Part shown: positions 46,502 to 57,020 of the stretch, in pieces
How the letters are laid out: the number at the start of each line of letters is the position of its first letter
How positions within the stretch are numbered: the stretch's first letter is position 1
Assembly (NCBI GenBank): GCA_048538215.1
Contig: JBLYPV010000001.1
Span: forward strand, 397,499 to 461,498
Reading direction: 5' to 3'
Length of the DNA stretch: 64,000 bases
Source of the DNA: Patescibacteria group bacterium
GTDB taxonomy: Bacteria > Patescibacteriota > Minisyncoccia > Phycocordibacterales > GCA-2747955
Position numbers and translations under genes: made by a program
Notes under the pieces: model-generated
Databases searched by the model: none
The model's input: the letters and a program-made list of their open reading frames with translations, nothing else
What the model was told of the DNA's origin: nothing

Positions 46502-48118
46502 TTATCTGTCTTTTGTAGATGAATGATCATTCAATTGGTAGCTCTCTTTACGAAAAGCTATTTGTCCCCGGCGATAGTAGTTGTAGCTTATAGCAATTCC
46601 AATAATAACAAACGCCATCCCATATATCTCCCAGCTTATATCATTCGTACTAGAACTAGCTTGAAACACACTCGCTTTCTGTGAGCCATCCATTGTTGGT
46701 AATTCAATCTCTGACAAAGCTTCTACCTTAGGGCTTTCGATGATCCCAGTGCTTTCACTACTCTGTCCTATGGGGACATAAGACACTGAGTGGGTATTCC
46801 CCATTACCATAGGATACTGAGCGCCGTATTGTTCGAGCACCTCCGTGTCAGAGTCTGCCGATGATAGAGCACCACTTCCTTGCTCTTGGGTATTTTTCTT
46901 GGCTTCGACCTGTGCTTGGAGGCGCTCCTTGGCTTGATTAATTGAGCTAATTAAATAGTCCTCCCCATCGATAAGCTCAAGTGTACTATAGCCATCCAAA
47001 TTAAATCCAAGAATATCTGAGTCAAGCCACATAGTATTATAAGCATTGATATAGCTATGATCTGGAAAACTATAGCCGGTATCTTCACTATCTGCTACGC
47101 TAATACGATAGCGAGAAAGCTCAAGATGATACTGAGAATTATTATGTATCCCCATGACGCCTGCTAGATCTGGGTGCATTACTATCTCCAAGGCAGGTGG
47201 GATGACCTTGATGGCTACCCTATCCACATCAGAATACTTGAGCACGCTGGCAGAAAAGGTGAGCGTATATTCGCCTGGATAGCGATAGCGATGAACAGCT
47301 TGGTTGCCTCTATCACTAGATCCATCACCCCAATTCCAACGAACAAGCGGATCCTTAATAATACCCCCCTCCAATCCATACACTTTCCCTACAAAATGAT
47401 AGCTCGCTCCTGCCATAAGCGTACGATCATTCCCCGCATCTGCTCGTATCTTTTTTGCTTCATAGCTATCGTAGAGCTCCAGATAGGTAACAGGCACCTC
47501 GACTTCATCTTCTATTGTCTTATCTTCCTCCTTATCGACTTCTTGATGTGAAGTATCTATATCTTCTTCTTTCTTTTCATCTTTATCCGAAGGAGCTTCT
47601 GTGTACTTTGCACGAATATTTGCCTCTCCCGGCGAAGCTTCCACCTCATACCACACATCTTCAATAAGCCCGATGCTATTACCATTACCATATCCGCCTG
47701 TTGCGGGGTCATAGCTTAGCTCAAATACTGTCTGGCCACTTGCATTTATCAGAGCTATTGCCTCTCCGGTATTTTTTAAAGAAAAAGCACTATCAAATAG
47801 TGCGCCACGATACTCTGGATATTTTTGTAAAAAGGCCTCTGGCTTATCTGCTACTATCCCATAAGTGCCCGGCTTGAGTATTTGCTCTCCATTTTCATAT
47901 ACACTGATCTTGTGATTGGTTCCCTGTTCGAAAAATCGATAGTCGGTAAATAGTATTTCCTCACTCCCTGCATTGTGTACCTCAATCCACTCATAGCCAC
48001 CATCGCTCCCCTCAGGGTTATAATGAACCTCTGTAATCCACACGCTCGCATTAGCACAAAATGGTAGTACGAAGCAAATAGTAAGTAGAAAAAATTCTAG
48101 CTTATTCCATCCTATCAT
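46502..48118 (-). CDS. surface protein with lamin-tail and PKD domains
   Basis: ITEVHYNPEGSD..EWIEVHN; WNWGDG..HRYRYPGEY; C-terminal TM helix. Confidence 0.85.
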   Translation of the reverse strand: MIGWNKLEFFLLTICFVLPFCANASVWITEVHYNPEGSDGGYEWIEVHNAGSEEILFTDYRFFEQGTNHKISVYENGEQILKPGTYGIVADKPEAFLQKYPEYRGALFDSAFSLKNTGEAIALINASGQTVFELSYDPATGGYGNGNSIGLIEDVWYEVEASPGEANIRAKYTEAPSDKDEKKEEDIDTSHQEVDKEEDKTIEDEVEVPVTYLELYDSYEAKKIRADAGNDRTLMAGASYHFVGKVYGLEGGIIKDPLVRWNWGDGSSDRGNQAVHRYRYPGEYTLTFSASVLKYSDVDRVAIKVIPPALEIVMHPDLAGVMGIHNNSQYHLELSRYRISVADSEDTGYSFPDHSYINAYNTMWLDSDILGFNLDGYSTLELIDGEDYLISSINQAKERLQAQVEAKKNTQEQGSGALSSADSDTEVLEQYGAQYPMVMGNTHSVSYVPIGQSSESTGIIESPKVEALSEIELPTMDGSQKASVFQASSSTNDISWEIYGMAFVIIGIAISYNYYRRGQIAFRKESYQLNDHSSTKDR

Positions 48119-48187
48119 TCTCTCTACTATATCACTTGCATCCTAGAGTAAAAGTTGATTTATCCCAAGTCTAATTTAGATTGCCTA

Positions 48188-49801
48188 CTAGCTTTCTCCT
48201 ATCTGTTTAATAAAATCACTCAAATCATCATCTTTTTTTGCCTTGATATTCTTGTTCTCCTCTTTATTTGTTTTAGGAGCAGTGGAGGGGGTATTCTTTT
48301 GCTGAGCTATCTTTTCGTCTTGTGAATCGGGAAGATTTATATGGGCCAGCGCTTCTTTAAAATCGTGAGTCCCAGGCAAATCTACATCCTCTACCTTAGG
48401 CTTTGTTGCCCTTGGGGATTTTATTGTTTGCTTTCGCTTGCGATCAGGCATACCATTATTGGGCTTAATTGCGGGAGCACTCAAGCTTGCACTCATCCAA
48501 TTTGCAATTTCTTTTTCTACCTCTTCTCGTGAGCGAGCAAAATGAGCACGAGAATGAGCAATCACCTCTTGGCGCAAGCTTACTGCTGGTACTGGCAGTG
48601 GTGGTAAAGTACGCGCAGAAAATGGGGCTGATCCAGCTCCGTCAATCATCAGGGTAAGATATATTTGATAGCGATCGAGTGAGACAAAATCACTTGCCAA
48701 AAAGCGCATTCCAAATTCACGCTCAAATATTTCAGCATCAGTGGCCCCTACCCGAAAAGTAATCATCGTGCCTACATTGCCAAATACCGCCGCTCGCACC
48801 GTCTCAGGCATCTGCTCAATGTACTGATGGGCTAAGGTGAGATTGAGCTTATATTTTCTTGATTGTGAAAGAATATCAGCAAATGAATCATTGGCTAAAT
48901 TTTGGAATTCATCAATATAAAGATAGAAATTAGGCACTTGGCTCAATTCACCTTTACTCAAGCTGGCCCGTGACATCCCAGCCAAAAAGATTTTAGTCGT
49001 GAGCATCGATCCCAAGAGATTGGCATTTGCCTCACCCACCTGCCCAATCGATAAATTGACCAAAACAATCTTTTGCTCATCCATACACTGGCGTAGATCA
49101 AAAGAAGATTTACTCTGCCCTACAATATTGCGGATTACCGGATTAGAGGTAAATTGCCCAATTTTATTAAGAATTGCGCTATAAGCATCTCGCCGATAGG
49201 TATCCGACCAACTTGCATATTCTTGAGTCCAAAATTGCTTGACTACTGGGTCACTAATATTTGCTATCACCTTTTTTTGGAAAGGAATATCCACAAACAT
49301 ACGAGAAATTGAGAGCATGGTGCTATTAGGGTATTCCAAAAGAGCTAAAAGTGTATTGGATACTATGTGCTCCATTCTGTCGGAGAATGTCTCCTCACCC
49401 CATATTTTCTTAAAACTCGAAAGTAATCCTTGTGCCACAAGCGATCGCTTATCTGGGTCTACATCCTCCATTACATTAAAAGCCACTGGATGCTCAAAAT
49501 CAAAAGGAGCAATGTAGACTACATCGTCTACCCGATGAGCAGGGATATAATCCAAAAACGTATCTACTGCTGATCCATGTGGATCAATAAAGCACAAGCC
49601 ATTGCCATTTTGAATATCTTGGACTGCCAAATTTTCAAGCAGGGTAGACTTTCCCATCCCTGATTTACCAATCATATAAATATGCTTGGTGCGATCACTG
49701 TCTTTAATACCAAATTTTACTCGTTTGCCTCGCGCATCTGTCTCAGCAAAATAGGTAATATGGTCATCATTAGAACCAAGCTTGTTTGGATGAGTAAACA
49801 T
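48188..49801 (-). CDS. VirD4/TraG-like type IV secretion coupling ATPase
   Basis: HIYMIGKSGMGKS (Walker A), IDPHG, LYIDEFQN (Walker B) and SRKY.L.LTLAHQ. Confidence 0.88.
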   Translation of the reverse strand: MFTHPNKLGSNDDHITYFAETDARGKRVKFGIKDSDRTKHIYMIGKSGMGKSTLLENLAVQDIQNGNGLCFIDPHGSAVDTFLDYIPAHRVDDVVYIAPFDFEHPVAFNVMEDVDPDKRSLVAQGLLSSFKKIWGEETFSDRMEHIVSNTLLALLEYPNSTMLSISRMFVDIPFQKKVIANISDPVVKQFWTQEYASWSDTYRRDAYSAILNKIGQFTSNPVIRNIVGQSKSSFDLRQCMDEQKIVLVNLSIGQVGEANANLLGSMLTTKIFLAGMSRASLSKGELSQVPNFYLYIDEFQNLANDSFADILSQSRKYKLNLTLAHQYIEQMPETVRAAVFGNVGTMITFRVGATDAEIFEREFGMRFLASDFVSLDRYQIYLTLMIDGAGSAPFSARTLPPLPVPAVSLRQEVIAHSRAHFARSREEVEKEIANWMSASLSAPAIKPNNGMPDRKRKQTIKSPRATKPKVEDVDLPGTHDFKEALAHINLPDSQDEKIAQQKNTPSTAPKTNKEENKNIKAKKDDDLSDFIKQIGES

Positions 49802-49914
49802 TAGCTCTATTGTACCCGAGAGCTAGCGAGTAACCAACAAAGCTACCTGTGGTATATGTATACAAAATAAAAAGCTTCTTTCTTTTCGCTTACTGTATTA
49901 TAATCAAAAAAGCT

Positions 49915-51066
49915 ATGAGCGATCGCTTGCAAATTATTATCCCCATTACTCTTTTCTATATTTGCCTTTTAGGTCTACCTTTGTTTGTGTCTGCTGATAC
50001 CTACGAGCCTCTGACCGCAAGTATCCCTGGTATGAAAGAAGCAGCCGAAATAGCATCTACCGGCAACTTCACCGAACTCATCAACACTATCTATAAACTA
50101 TCTATAGCCCTCTCTATAGCACTAGCAGTGATCATTCTAGTGATAGAAGGAGTCCGTTATAGTGCTAGTGCTATTCCAGGAGTTAAATCAGATATTAAAG
50201 AGCGTATCGCTCTTGTCTTTGGTGGATTAATTCTCTTAATTGGTGCTTATATGTTTCTTGCTCTTATTAATCCTATACAACTAGTAAATTTTGGTGACTT
50301 AGGTAAAAATAATATTCTCCCTTCTAATGTTGGTGTGGGGGTGGTTACGGATGCCACCGATCCTACAATCCTTGATGGGGTGGAGTTTGAGAGTGGTAAA
50401 ACAGGAGAAGAGGTAATGCAAGAAATATCCGAGCTATCCTGGCAGGAAACCCGGGAAATTGTAGCTGATAAAACTGACCTAGGCATCACTATAGATAGTG
50501 GCGGTACTATTGCAGAAGGTGATTATTCCCCCGTGAGCACAATAACTGTGAGTGAAGAAGGTCAACGTATTGTAGCTGCCGCTATTAAGCTATGTTCGGA
50601 TATACCAGAAAGTTGGGCAAGTAATACTGATTTGTATAAATTAATAGCCAAAGAAAGTAATGGCAAGATAGGTCTTTTAAATCACAAGTTTGATGATTAT
50701 AGAAAGCATGCTGGTCTTACATATGGTCGTATAGCAAGCGATATCCGTGGTAATTCATTTTACTACCAACATTGTTGCAGGGTTACCAAACAATCTACTC
50801 GTGAAGCACGAGAAAATGGTATACAAACGAGGTGTAATCCAAATACTCAATCACCTTTTATAGATCATGCTGGCGATTGTTTTTCTTCTGCTGGTATTGG
50901 TCAACTTACTGTTGCAAATATGGCCGAACGCCAACCAAGTGGTGTTCAAGGGTTTGGTGATACTTATGAGGAAATATGCGGTATGCTTCGATATATTAAA
51001 TATCGTCCAAATTATGGTACACCCGGCGCTGCGCTACAATTTCACCTAGAAAATAACTGGTACTAA
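49915..51066 (+). CDS. pilin (VirB2/TrbC-like) membrane domain fused to a lysozyme-like transglycosylase domain
   Basis: Hydrophobic hairpin ending LALINP; C-terminal LIAKESNG, AGIGQL and RYIK.R..YG...NNWY. Confidence 0.65.
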   Translation: MSDRLQIIIPITLFYICLLGLPLFVSADTYEPLTASIPGMKEAAEIASTGNFTELINTIYKLSIALSIALAVIILVIEGVRYSASAIPGVKSDIKERIALVFGGLILLIGAYMFLALINPIQLVNFGDLGKNNILPSNVGVGVVTDATDPTILDGVEFESGKTGEEVMQEISELSWQETREIVADKTDLGITIDSGGTIAEGDYSPVSTITVSEEGQRIVAAAIKLCSDIPESWASNTDLYKLIAKESNGKIGLLNHKFDDYRKHAGLTYGRIASDIRGNSFYYQHCCRVTKQSTREARENGIQTRCNPNTQSPFIDHAGDCFSSAGIGQLTVANMAERQPSGVQGFGDTYEEICGMLRYIKYRPNYGTPGAALQFHLENNWY

Positions 51067-51161
51067 GCAAATAATAAATTATAGAAAAATTAAAACAGCA
51101 TCATTATGCTGTTTTTCATTTTTTCTGGACGCACTATCTCGAGGCTCAGTCTTACTATTCT

Positions 51162-52226
51162 TTAGTCAGTAATACTCTCTCGATAGGGATCATTATCAAA
51201 TTTACTGGTATCTTGTTTGGAAATCTGCTCCTTAAGCAGTGTTTGAAAATCTTTCATTTTTTCTGGATCAGCTTCTATTGTGGGAGTAGCCATCTCTTGG
51301 CCCGCTCCTCCAGTAGGTGGCACTATCCCACTTCCTACAAATCCTGCTTGGGCTTGGGCTCCTGGATTAGCTCTTTGTTCTCCCCCCATAGATTGATATG
51401 CGTGCAAAGCGCTCGCTTGTTCTCGTGCTTCAATTTGAGCCTCTAAAGCTGTTTCACCAGCGTCAAAATTAATATCCACGCCTCGATTCTCGAGCCCAGT
51501 GGGTGAAATATGAGGTACTTCTTGCTTTGGTGATTCCTGGCTCTGTGTTTGTTGCTCTCCCCCGTCTATCGCCGGTGATTGATCAGCTTGGGCGCTCTTT
51601 GATGGCACAAACTCCAAAGAATCCGTATCTGTATGAGATACTTGATTGAGAGCATCTTGATTTTCTTCTATTACACTTTCTGTATCCTCCTGTTTTGTAT
51701 TACTATCTTCTATCACTATACCTTCTTGATCAAGAGCTTTTTCAAAATCAGTACCACTACTTACCATACCACTCTCCGTGTGTTTTAAAGCTTCTTCTAC
51801 AGAAATATCCTCAAAAGAATTATCCTTTTCCCCCTCTTTGCGGTATGGATTGGAGCTCGGAAGCGGTATTTCTACCTCCCCAAAGCGAGCTTCATCAGTA
51901 GATCGATACTGTATCTTACGCAAACTCTCACGAATACGAGAAAATACTTGTTCATCTACTTCAATAGCAATTTGCTCTGCTTGCTCCTGGCTCAAATTAA
52001 GCTGATCACGCAAATGGCGTACAAATTCATTACTTTTAATGAGCCCGAGCATGATCAAGCCACTGTACTCGATGAGAATACCAATACCATCAATGCGCAA
52101 ATTATGATTACGCCCGATTACTTCCAATTGCTTGACCATCGTATCCCCCGCGACTACTTTTTGAATATCTTCTGGTAATGCATCATAGCGCTCTTGAATT
52201 TGTTGTTTAGTGAATGGATTAGACAT
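51162..52226 (-). CDS. hypothetical protein with acidic low-complexity middle
   Basis: N-terminal LPEDIQ..IGRNHNL..IMLGL and C-terminal DPYRE motif. Confidence 0.75.
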   Translation of the reverse strand: MSNPFTKQQIQERYDALPEDIQKVVAGDTMVKQLEVIGRNHNLRIDGIGILIEYSGLIMLGLIKSNEFVRHLRDQLNLSQEQAEQIAIEVDEQVFSRIRESLRKIQYRSTDEARFGEVEIPLPSSNPYRKEGEKDNSFEDISVEEALKHTESGMVSSGTDFEKALDQEGIVIEDSNTKQEDTESVIEENQDALNQVSHTDTDSLEFVPSKSAQADQSPAIDGGEQQTQSQESPKQEVPHISPTGLENRGVDINFDAGETALEAQIEAREQASALHAYQSMGGEQRANPGAQAQAGFVGSGIVPPTGGAGQEMATPTIEADPEKMKDFQTLLKEQISKQDTSKFDNDPYRESITD

Positions 52227-52284
52227 AGTGGTATTGTAACAGATTACTAGATAGCTCTAAAAATACTTTTCCTCAGAGTAATAG

Positions 52285-54972
52285 CTAGGTTCTAATATTT
52301 ACATCTTCGGTGGCAACATCAGAAGCCAGCCCTTGTTCTGCAGCACTTTCTGCTTGATAGCCACGCTCGTATACATTCATAAGTGTAGCCTGATCCATAG
52401 AAGTGGTGGCCTCTCCTTTTGCCTGGAATTTAGCCTTAGCCACACCCACGAGCTGATCTTGAGCTCTCTTAGCCTCACGATTAGCAGAAGATTGTATAGA
52501 TTCAACCCAACGAGTAGCATCCTTAAGGCTTTTTTCAGCCCTCTCAATTTGAATATCTGATGCACTGCCAGATGATTGTAATAGCTCGAGATTTTGTTGT
52601 GCTTTATTGCGCTGTTTTACTGCATCTCTTGCCTTATCGGCATACTCTTCTTTGACATCGTGCAATGTGGTCATAAAATTATTCATTGCATCTTGATAAT
52701 TCTTAGAATCAAATACTTCCCGTGGTTTTCCGTCTGGTCCTTCCTGTGTTGAAGTAAAGGCATTTTTTACCAAGGCATCAAGATTTTTATACTCATTATT
52801 TTGTTTGAATTGCTCACCAAATTCCTTGATTGATTTTGTATTAATCATAAGCCCCATATCTTGATTCGTCAGATTACGAAGCAATTTATGGGAAATACTA
52901 TCCATTTTATTTATCTTATTACGAGCTTCGGCTGCCATTTGCTCGCGAGCATAAATTTGCTTATTTTTTGTGCCTTTTGTCTTTTTATCACCTCCTTCTA
53001 CAATTTCATATTTTTGTGCTGCCTCAGCATATCCACCTACGCCACCATCCAGTGTCCAGTTAAACCAGTTATCATTCTTTTCTAGAAGAGATTTATTTTC
53101 TGCGCGTAATCTGGTATTGGTACGATTCGCAAGCTCATCTGTATCAATCTGCTTTTCAACTTCTGAGCGCAAACTTTCTCGAGCAGCTTGCTCGGCCTGT
53201 TTAATTTCTTCTTGGTTTACCTGTCTTTTTGCCTCTAATTCTTCTCTCTTATTTTTGAATCCACCTCGTTCCTGTTCTAATTCAAGTAAACGCTTGGTAC
53301 GATTTGGCTTGAGCTTGGCTCGTTCATTTTCAATTTCATGTTGTCCACTAGCACCCCGCATCATAGCATCAAGTCCGCTATTAATCATCGACTGATGCTC
53401 TTCTTCCTCATATCTACCTCTGAGATTTTTAGACGTGTTATCTAGAGTATTCGTACGCAAATTCCCCTTACGAGTACGGCGAGCCACATTACTTTCTGCC
53501 ATGCCAAATTTAGCATTGGCGGCTGCATCACCTACCGTATATAGTACATTACCCAGTGCACGCTCGTGCCATTTATTTGATCGTAATTTTTCAGCTGTAT
53601 ATTCACTTTCTCGCGATAGGTGCCTCCCCCAATTACCTACAGAGGCACGCATCCCTCCACCAATCGTTTTCTTGCCTATCATTGCCCCTGCTCCTAAGGC
53701 ACCCCCAGCCGCTATACCGGCAACTCCCGTGATGCTACTTTGAATCCTACTTCCAATTCCACCTCCTCCTTCACACATTGCTTGGGCCTTACTATTAGCT
53801 ACACCAAGAATACCAAAAATAAAGCCCAAGTTGATCACAACGATAATCACTGTTTGTACTAAATCAGTAGTACCTCCCCCAAGGCCACTAGCCCCACCGA
53901 CTGGCCCGAGAATAAGGAGGAGGAGGTAGATTAAAAAGAGATAGACACAGACACAAAACGATTTATTAAACATATGACTCAACCAGGATTGAAAGCCATT
54001 GAGATTAGGAATAAAGTAGCTTACAAAAGCAAGTGGTGAGATGATAATCAAAATAATCAAATACAGAGTACGAGTGATAAACATAAATCCCGTCTTAAAC
54101 AAACTCCAGCCTGCTACCACCGCCACAGTAAGAATAATTACATTGAGTGCCATAACATAACCCTCACCCTTTGCAACAATGTCCTTAACCGTTTGTATTG
54201 AAAGAATACCATCTACATTACCTGATTCCACCAAAAGCAAGCTTCTAACAATCGGGGCCGATGGGCTTGACACATTAGCAAGGCTGATATCTGCTCCCCT
54301 ATCCCCGCTACCGACCCGCAAAGACTTACTTCCTAATTTTTCTGAAACAGCACTTTTGGAAGGTGTGGTTTCTGTAATCTGCGTATAAAAGAATTTACCC
54401 ATAATATTCCCTGCGTCAATAATTGCTCGCGAGAAAAAGAATGAAAAATTGAGCAGTAGAGCAATAATAATCAGCCGAGTGAGAACCTCTTTCCATCCCA
54501 TGTTGCCCTGCTTGAGAGAAAAGCCTGTAATCATCATCAAAGCCGCCGCGATAATCCCGAGAATAAAGGCCATATTGGCAAGATCACGCATAATTATCCA
54601 GGCATCCCTAATATAGGGCATATTATAGAATTCTGGATTAAGGGTAAAATTAATAAAAACATCAAATACAGCTCCTGCTCCAATTAAAATCAGAGCACTT
54701 AAATAGACAATCCCCCCCGTCAAACACGAGCCGATATAACTTGACCATGTATCACCACAAGTACCAATCTTAGGTATGGAAGGGTCCATTGATGCCCCCT
54801 TATCGCTTGTATCTGAGCTTCCAGTCTCTTGACCAGTTCCTACGTTTTGAATCCCAGCTGTGGGAGCTCCTGTGGTGGGTGTTTGAGCTTGAGCCATTAG
54901 TACCCCTACCCCAAAAAGCCCCACAAATAGGATACAAATTAACAGGAAAACTCTCTGTAAACGATGCGCCAT
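52285..54972 (-). CDS. VirB6/TrbL-like membrane protein with long coiled-coil tail
   Basis: W..MRDLAN, LIIIALLLNFS and LIIISPLAF; Gly/Ala-rich linker; T4SS-like context. Confidence 0.72.
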   Translation of the reverse strand: MAHRLQRVFLLICILFVGLFGVGVLMAQAQTPTTGAPTAGIQNVGTGQETGSSDTSDKGASMDPSIPKIGTCGDTWSSYIGSCLTGGIVYLSALILIGAGAVFDVFINFTLNPEFYNMPYIRDAWIIMRDLANMAFILGIIAAALMMITGFSLKQGNMGWKEVLTRLIIIALLLNFSFFFSRAIIDAGNIMGKFFYTQITETTPSKSAVSEKLGSKSLRVGSGDRGADISLANVSSPSAPIVRSLLLVESGNVDGILSIQTVKDIVAKGEGYVMALNVIILTVAVVAGWSLFKTGFMFITRTLYLIILIIISPLAFVSYFIPNLNGFQSWLSHMFNKSFCVCVYLFLIYLLLLILGPVGGASGLGGGTTDLVQTVIIVVINLGFIFGILGVANSKAQAMCEGGGGIGSRIQSSITGVAGIAAGGALGAGAMIGKKTIGGGMRASVGNWGRHLSRESEYTAEKLRSNKWHERALGNVLYTVGDAAANAKFGMAESNVARRTRKGNLRTNTLDNTSKNLRGRYEEEEHQSMINSGLDAMMRGASGQHEIENERAKLKPNRTKRLLELEQERGGFKNKREELEAKRQVNQEEIKQAEQAARESLRSEVEKQIDTDELANRTNTRLRAENKSLLEKNDNWFNWTLDGGVGGYAEAAQKYEIVEGGDKKTKGTKNKQIYAREQMAAEARNKINKMDSISHKLLRNLTNQDMGLMINTKSIKEFGEQFKQNNEYKNLDALVKNAFTSTQEGPDGKPREVFDSKNYQDAMNNFMTTLHDVKEEYADKARDAVKQRNKAQQNLELLQSSGSASDIQIERAEKSLKDATRWVESIQSSANREAKRAQDQLVGVAKAKFQAKGEATTSMDQATLMNVYERGYQAESAAEQGLASDVATEDVNIRT

Positions 54973-55123
54973 TACAGCTTTACTATAGCACAGAAGTCCC
55001 CCCTAATAACAGTGAATTATCCTCGTTTTTTAGTATACTAGATAAACAATGTATTGCATTTTTTGTCAAATATAGTAGAATGGCTGGAAGTGAATCTTTT
55101 ACCCTTAAGAAAGGAGGTGCGTA

Positions 55124-55699
55124 ATGTTGCGCATTCTAATGATGATTGCTGGACTGCTCTTTTCGAGCGTCCAAGCTCAAGCCGCCACCGTCGCCCAAGT
55201 GTCGACGGGGATTACGGACAATACCCGGGCCGGACAAGTGCTTGCCCAGTGCTATAGTGAGTGGCTCAGGGGCAAGCCCAATCAGTGGCGGCTCGATGAC
55301 CCCATCTGTGTGCGAGCGTACTGGCTCATGAGCCAAGCCTACCACACAAAAAGCTACAAGAAACAACACGGTCAGGTCCTACTAATAATGGTAGACACCG
55401 GCAAACTCTACGAGAGCAACCCTGCATTTGCAGAGAAACTCGACGAGTTTACTGCTCGGGTCAGAAGCGGGGAGTTCCGAGAGGATCCCTATTCCGCTGA
55501 GCTCGAAAACAAGCTCCCCCGCACCACCACCGCCGCCGGCGCGCCCTGCGACGATGCCGGCTGGATGGGTTGTATTGGGGTCGAATTCCAGACTATCAGC
55601 ACCTGGTGTACTGATAGTCATGGAAATCGAGTAAAGGTATCAGATGAAGTGTGTCGGCAAACTCCCGACTACACACTTCATAAAAAAGCGCACTACTAG
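55124..55699 (+). CDS. secreted Cys-containing hypothetical protein
   Basis: AAAGGAGGTG SD, signal peptide, six Cys, own terminator, higher GC than flanks. Confidence 0.75.
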   Translation: MLRILMMIAGLLFSSVQAQAATVAQVSTGITDNTRAGQVLAQCYSEWLRGKPNQWRLDDPICVRAYWLMSQAYHTKSYKKQHGQVLLIMVDTGKLYESNPAFAEKLDEFTARVRSGEFREDPYSAELENKLPRTTTAAGAPCDDAGWMGCIGVEFQTISTWCTDSHGNRVKVSDEVCRQTPDYTLHKKAHY

Positions 55700-55822
55700 T
55701 CTAGCCGAGCCACACGACCACCTAAGGAATATCTCCCCCGCTATGTCTCAGATGTGGCGGGGGTTTTCATTTATACTTTTCTATAATTTGGTAATTATCA
55801 GACTTATCACTATAATAGAGCT

Positions 55823-56254
55823 ATGCGTTATGAAGTGCCCCAATTTATTGAAATAGAAGACAAAATCGTAGGCCCTCTTACCTGGCGACAATTTGTCTAT
55901 GTTGCTGGTGGAGTAGGTGGTAGTGTTTTAGCCTGGTTTTTTCTACCAACTATTCTTGCGGTACCTATCGTAGTGGTCCTCCTTGCTTTAGGTGGAGCTC
56001 TTGCTTTTTATGAGCACAACAAACAGCCCTTTATCGTTTTACTCGAGGCCTTTATTAGCTACACTATGCGTAGCAAGCTCTATATCTGGCAAAAGCGCGC
56101 CCCTCAAGCATCTACTGAGGATCAAAATATCGAGAGCCAAGCAGAGGCAATAATCAATCCACAGCCTTATGTGCCAAAGCTTTCTGATTCCAAGCTCAAA
56201 GATCTCTCCTGGGCACTCGATATCGAAGCCCGTAATCGAGGCGAGGTGCTATAG
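55823..56254 (+). CDS. PrgI family protein
   Basis: VPQFIEIEDKIVGPLTWRQF followed by two TM helices. Confidence 0.9.
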   Translation: MRYEVPQFIEIEDKIVGPLTWRQFVYVAGGVGGSVLAWFFLPTILAVPIVVVLLALGGALAFYEHNKQPFIVLLEAFISYTMRSKLYIWQKRAPQASTEDQNIESQAEAIINPQPYVPKLSDSKLKDLSWALDIEARNRGEVL

Positions 56255-56308
56255 AGTGTATATTGTGCTTTCGAGAATACCCTCAAAGCTGATATACTAT
56301 AGAAAGTT

Positions 56309-56944
56309 ATGGCAAGCCAAGCACAATCACAGAGTTTTGTTCCAATCAAAGAAATTCGAAATGGTACCGTCATCCTCGATGATGGATCTTTCAATACCAT
56401 TTTGCTCGTTACCTCCATGAATTTTGCACTCAAGTCCTACGATGAGCAACGAGCAGTGATGGGACAATTTCAAAATTTTCTCAATTCAATAGAATTTCCC
56501 ATACAAATTAGTATTCAATCGCGCCACCTCGATATTCGTCCCTATTTAGCGAGCCTAGAAGAGAAACGACGAGATGAACAAAATGATTTGATTAAGATGC
56601 AGATAAGTGAATATTCTCAATTCATACAAAATTTTACTGATTCAGTAAATATTATGGAAAAACGATTTTTTATCGTAGTTTCCTATACTCCTGCCATCTT
56701 AAATCAGGGTGGTCCCAAGAGCTTTGTTGAGACCCTTTTGGGAAAAGGGTCTTCAAATAAAATGCTGAGTGACGAAGAATTTGAAGAGACAAAATCCCAA
56801 CTCGAGCAACGCACAGATTTGGTAATCGGTGGTATTTCTCGTACTGGGCTCAAAGCCGTACGGCTTGGGACAGAAGAAGCTATTGAGGTTTTGTATCGTA
56901 TCTTTAATCCAGGCGAGAGCGAGAAGCCCGTACAGCTTAATTAG
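56309..56944 (+). CDS. T4SS-associated protein upstream of VirB4
   Basis: NFALKS.DEQ..FQNFLNS..QISIQSR; lies between prgI and virB4. Confidence 0.75.
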   Translation: MASQAQSQSFVPIKEIRNGTVILDDGSFNTILLVTSMNFALKSYDEQRAVMGQFQNFLNSIEFPIQISIQSRHLDIRPYLASLEEKRRDEQNDLIKMQISEYSQFIQNFTDSVNIMEKRFFIVVSYTPAILNQGGPKSFVETLLGKGSSNKMLSDEEFEETKSQLEQRTDLVIGGISRTGLKAVRLGTEEAIEVLYRIFNPGESEKPVQLN

Positions 56945-57020
56945 CTTGATAGGTATTAGTCACTCGCTACTGACAATTATCCCTTTTTTTTAAAGGCTAA
57001 TCATTTATACTAAGAATACT

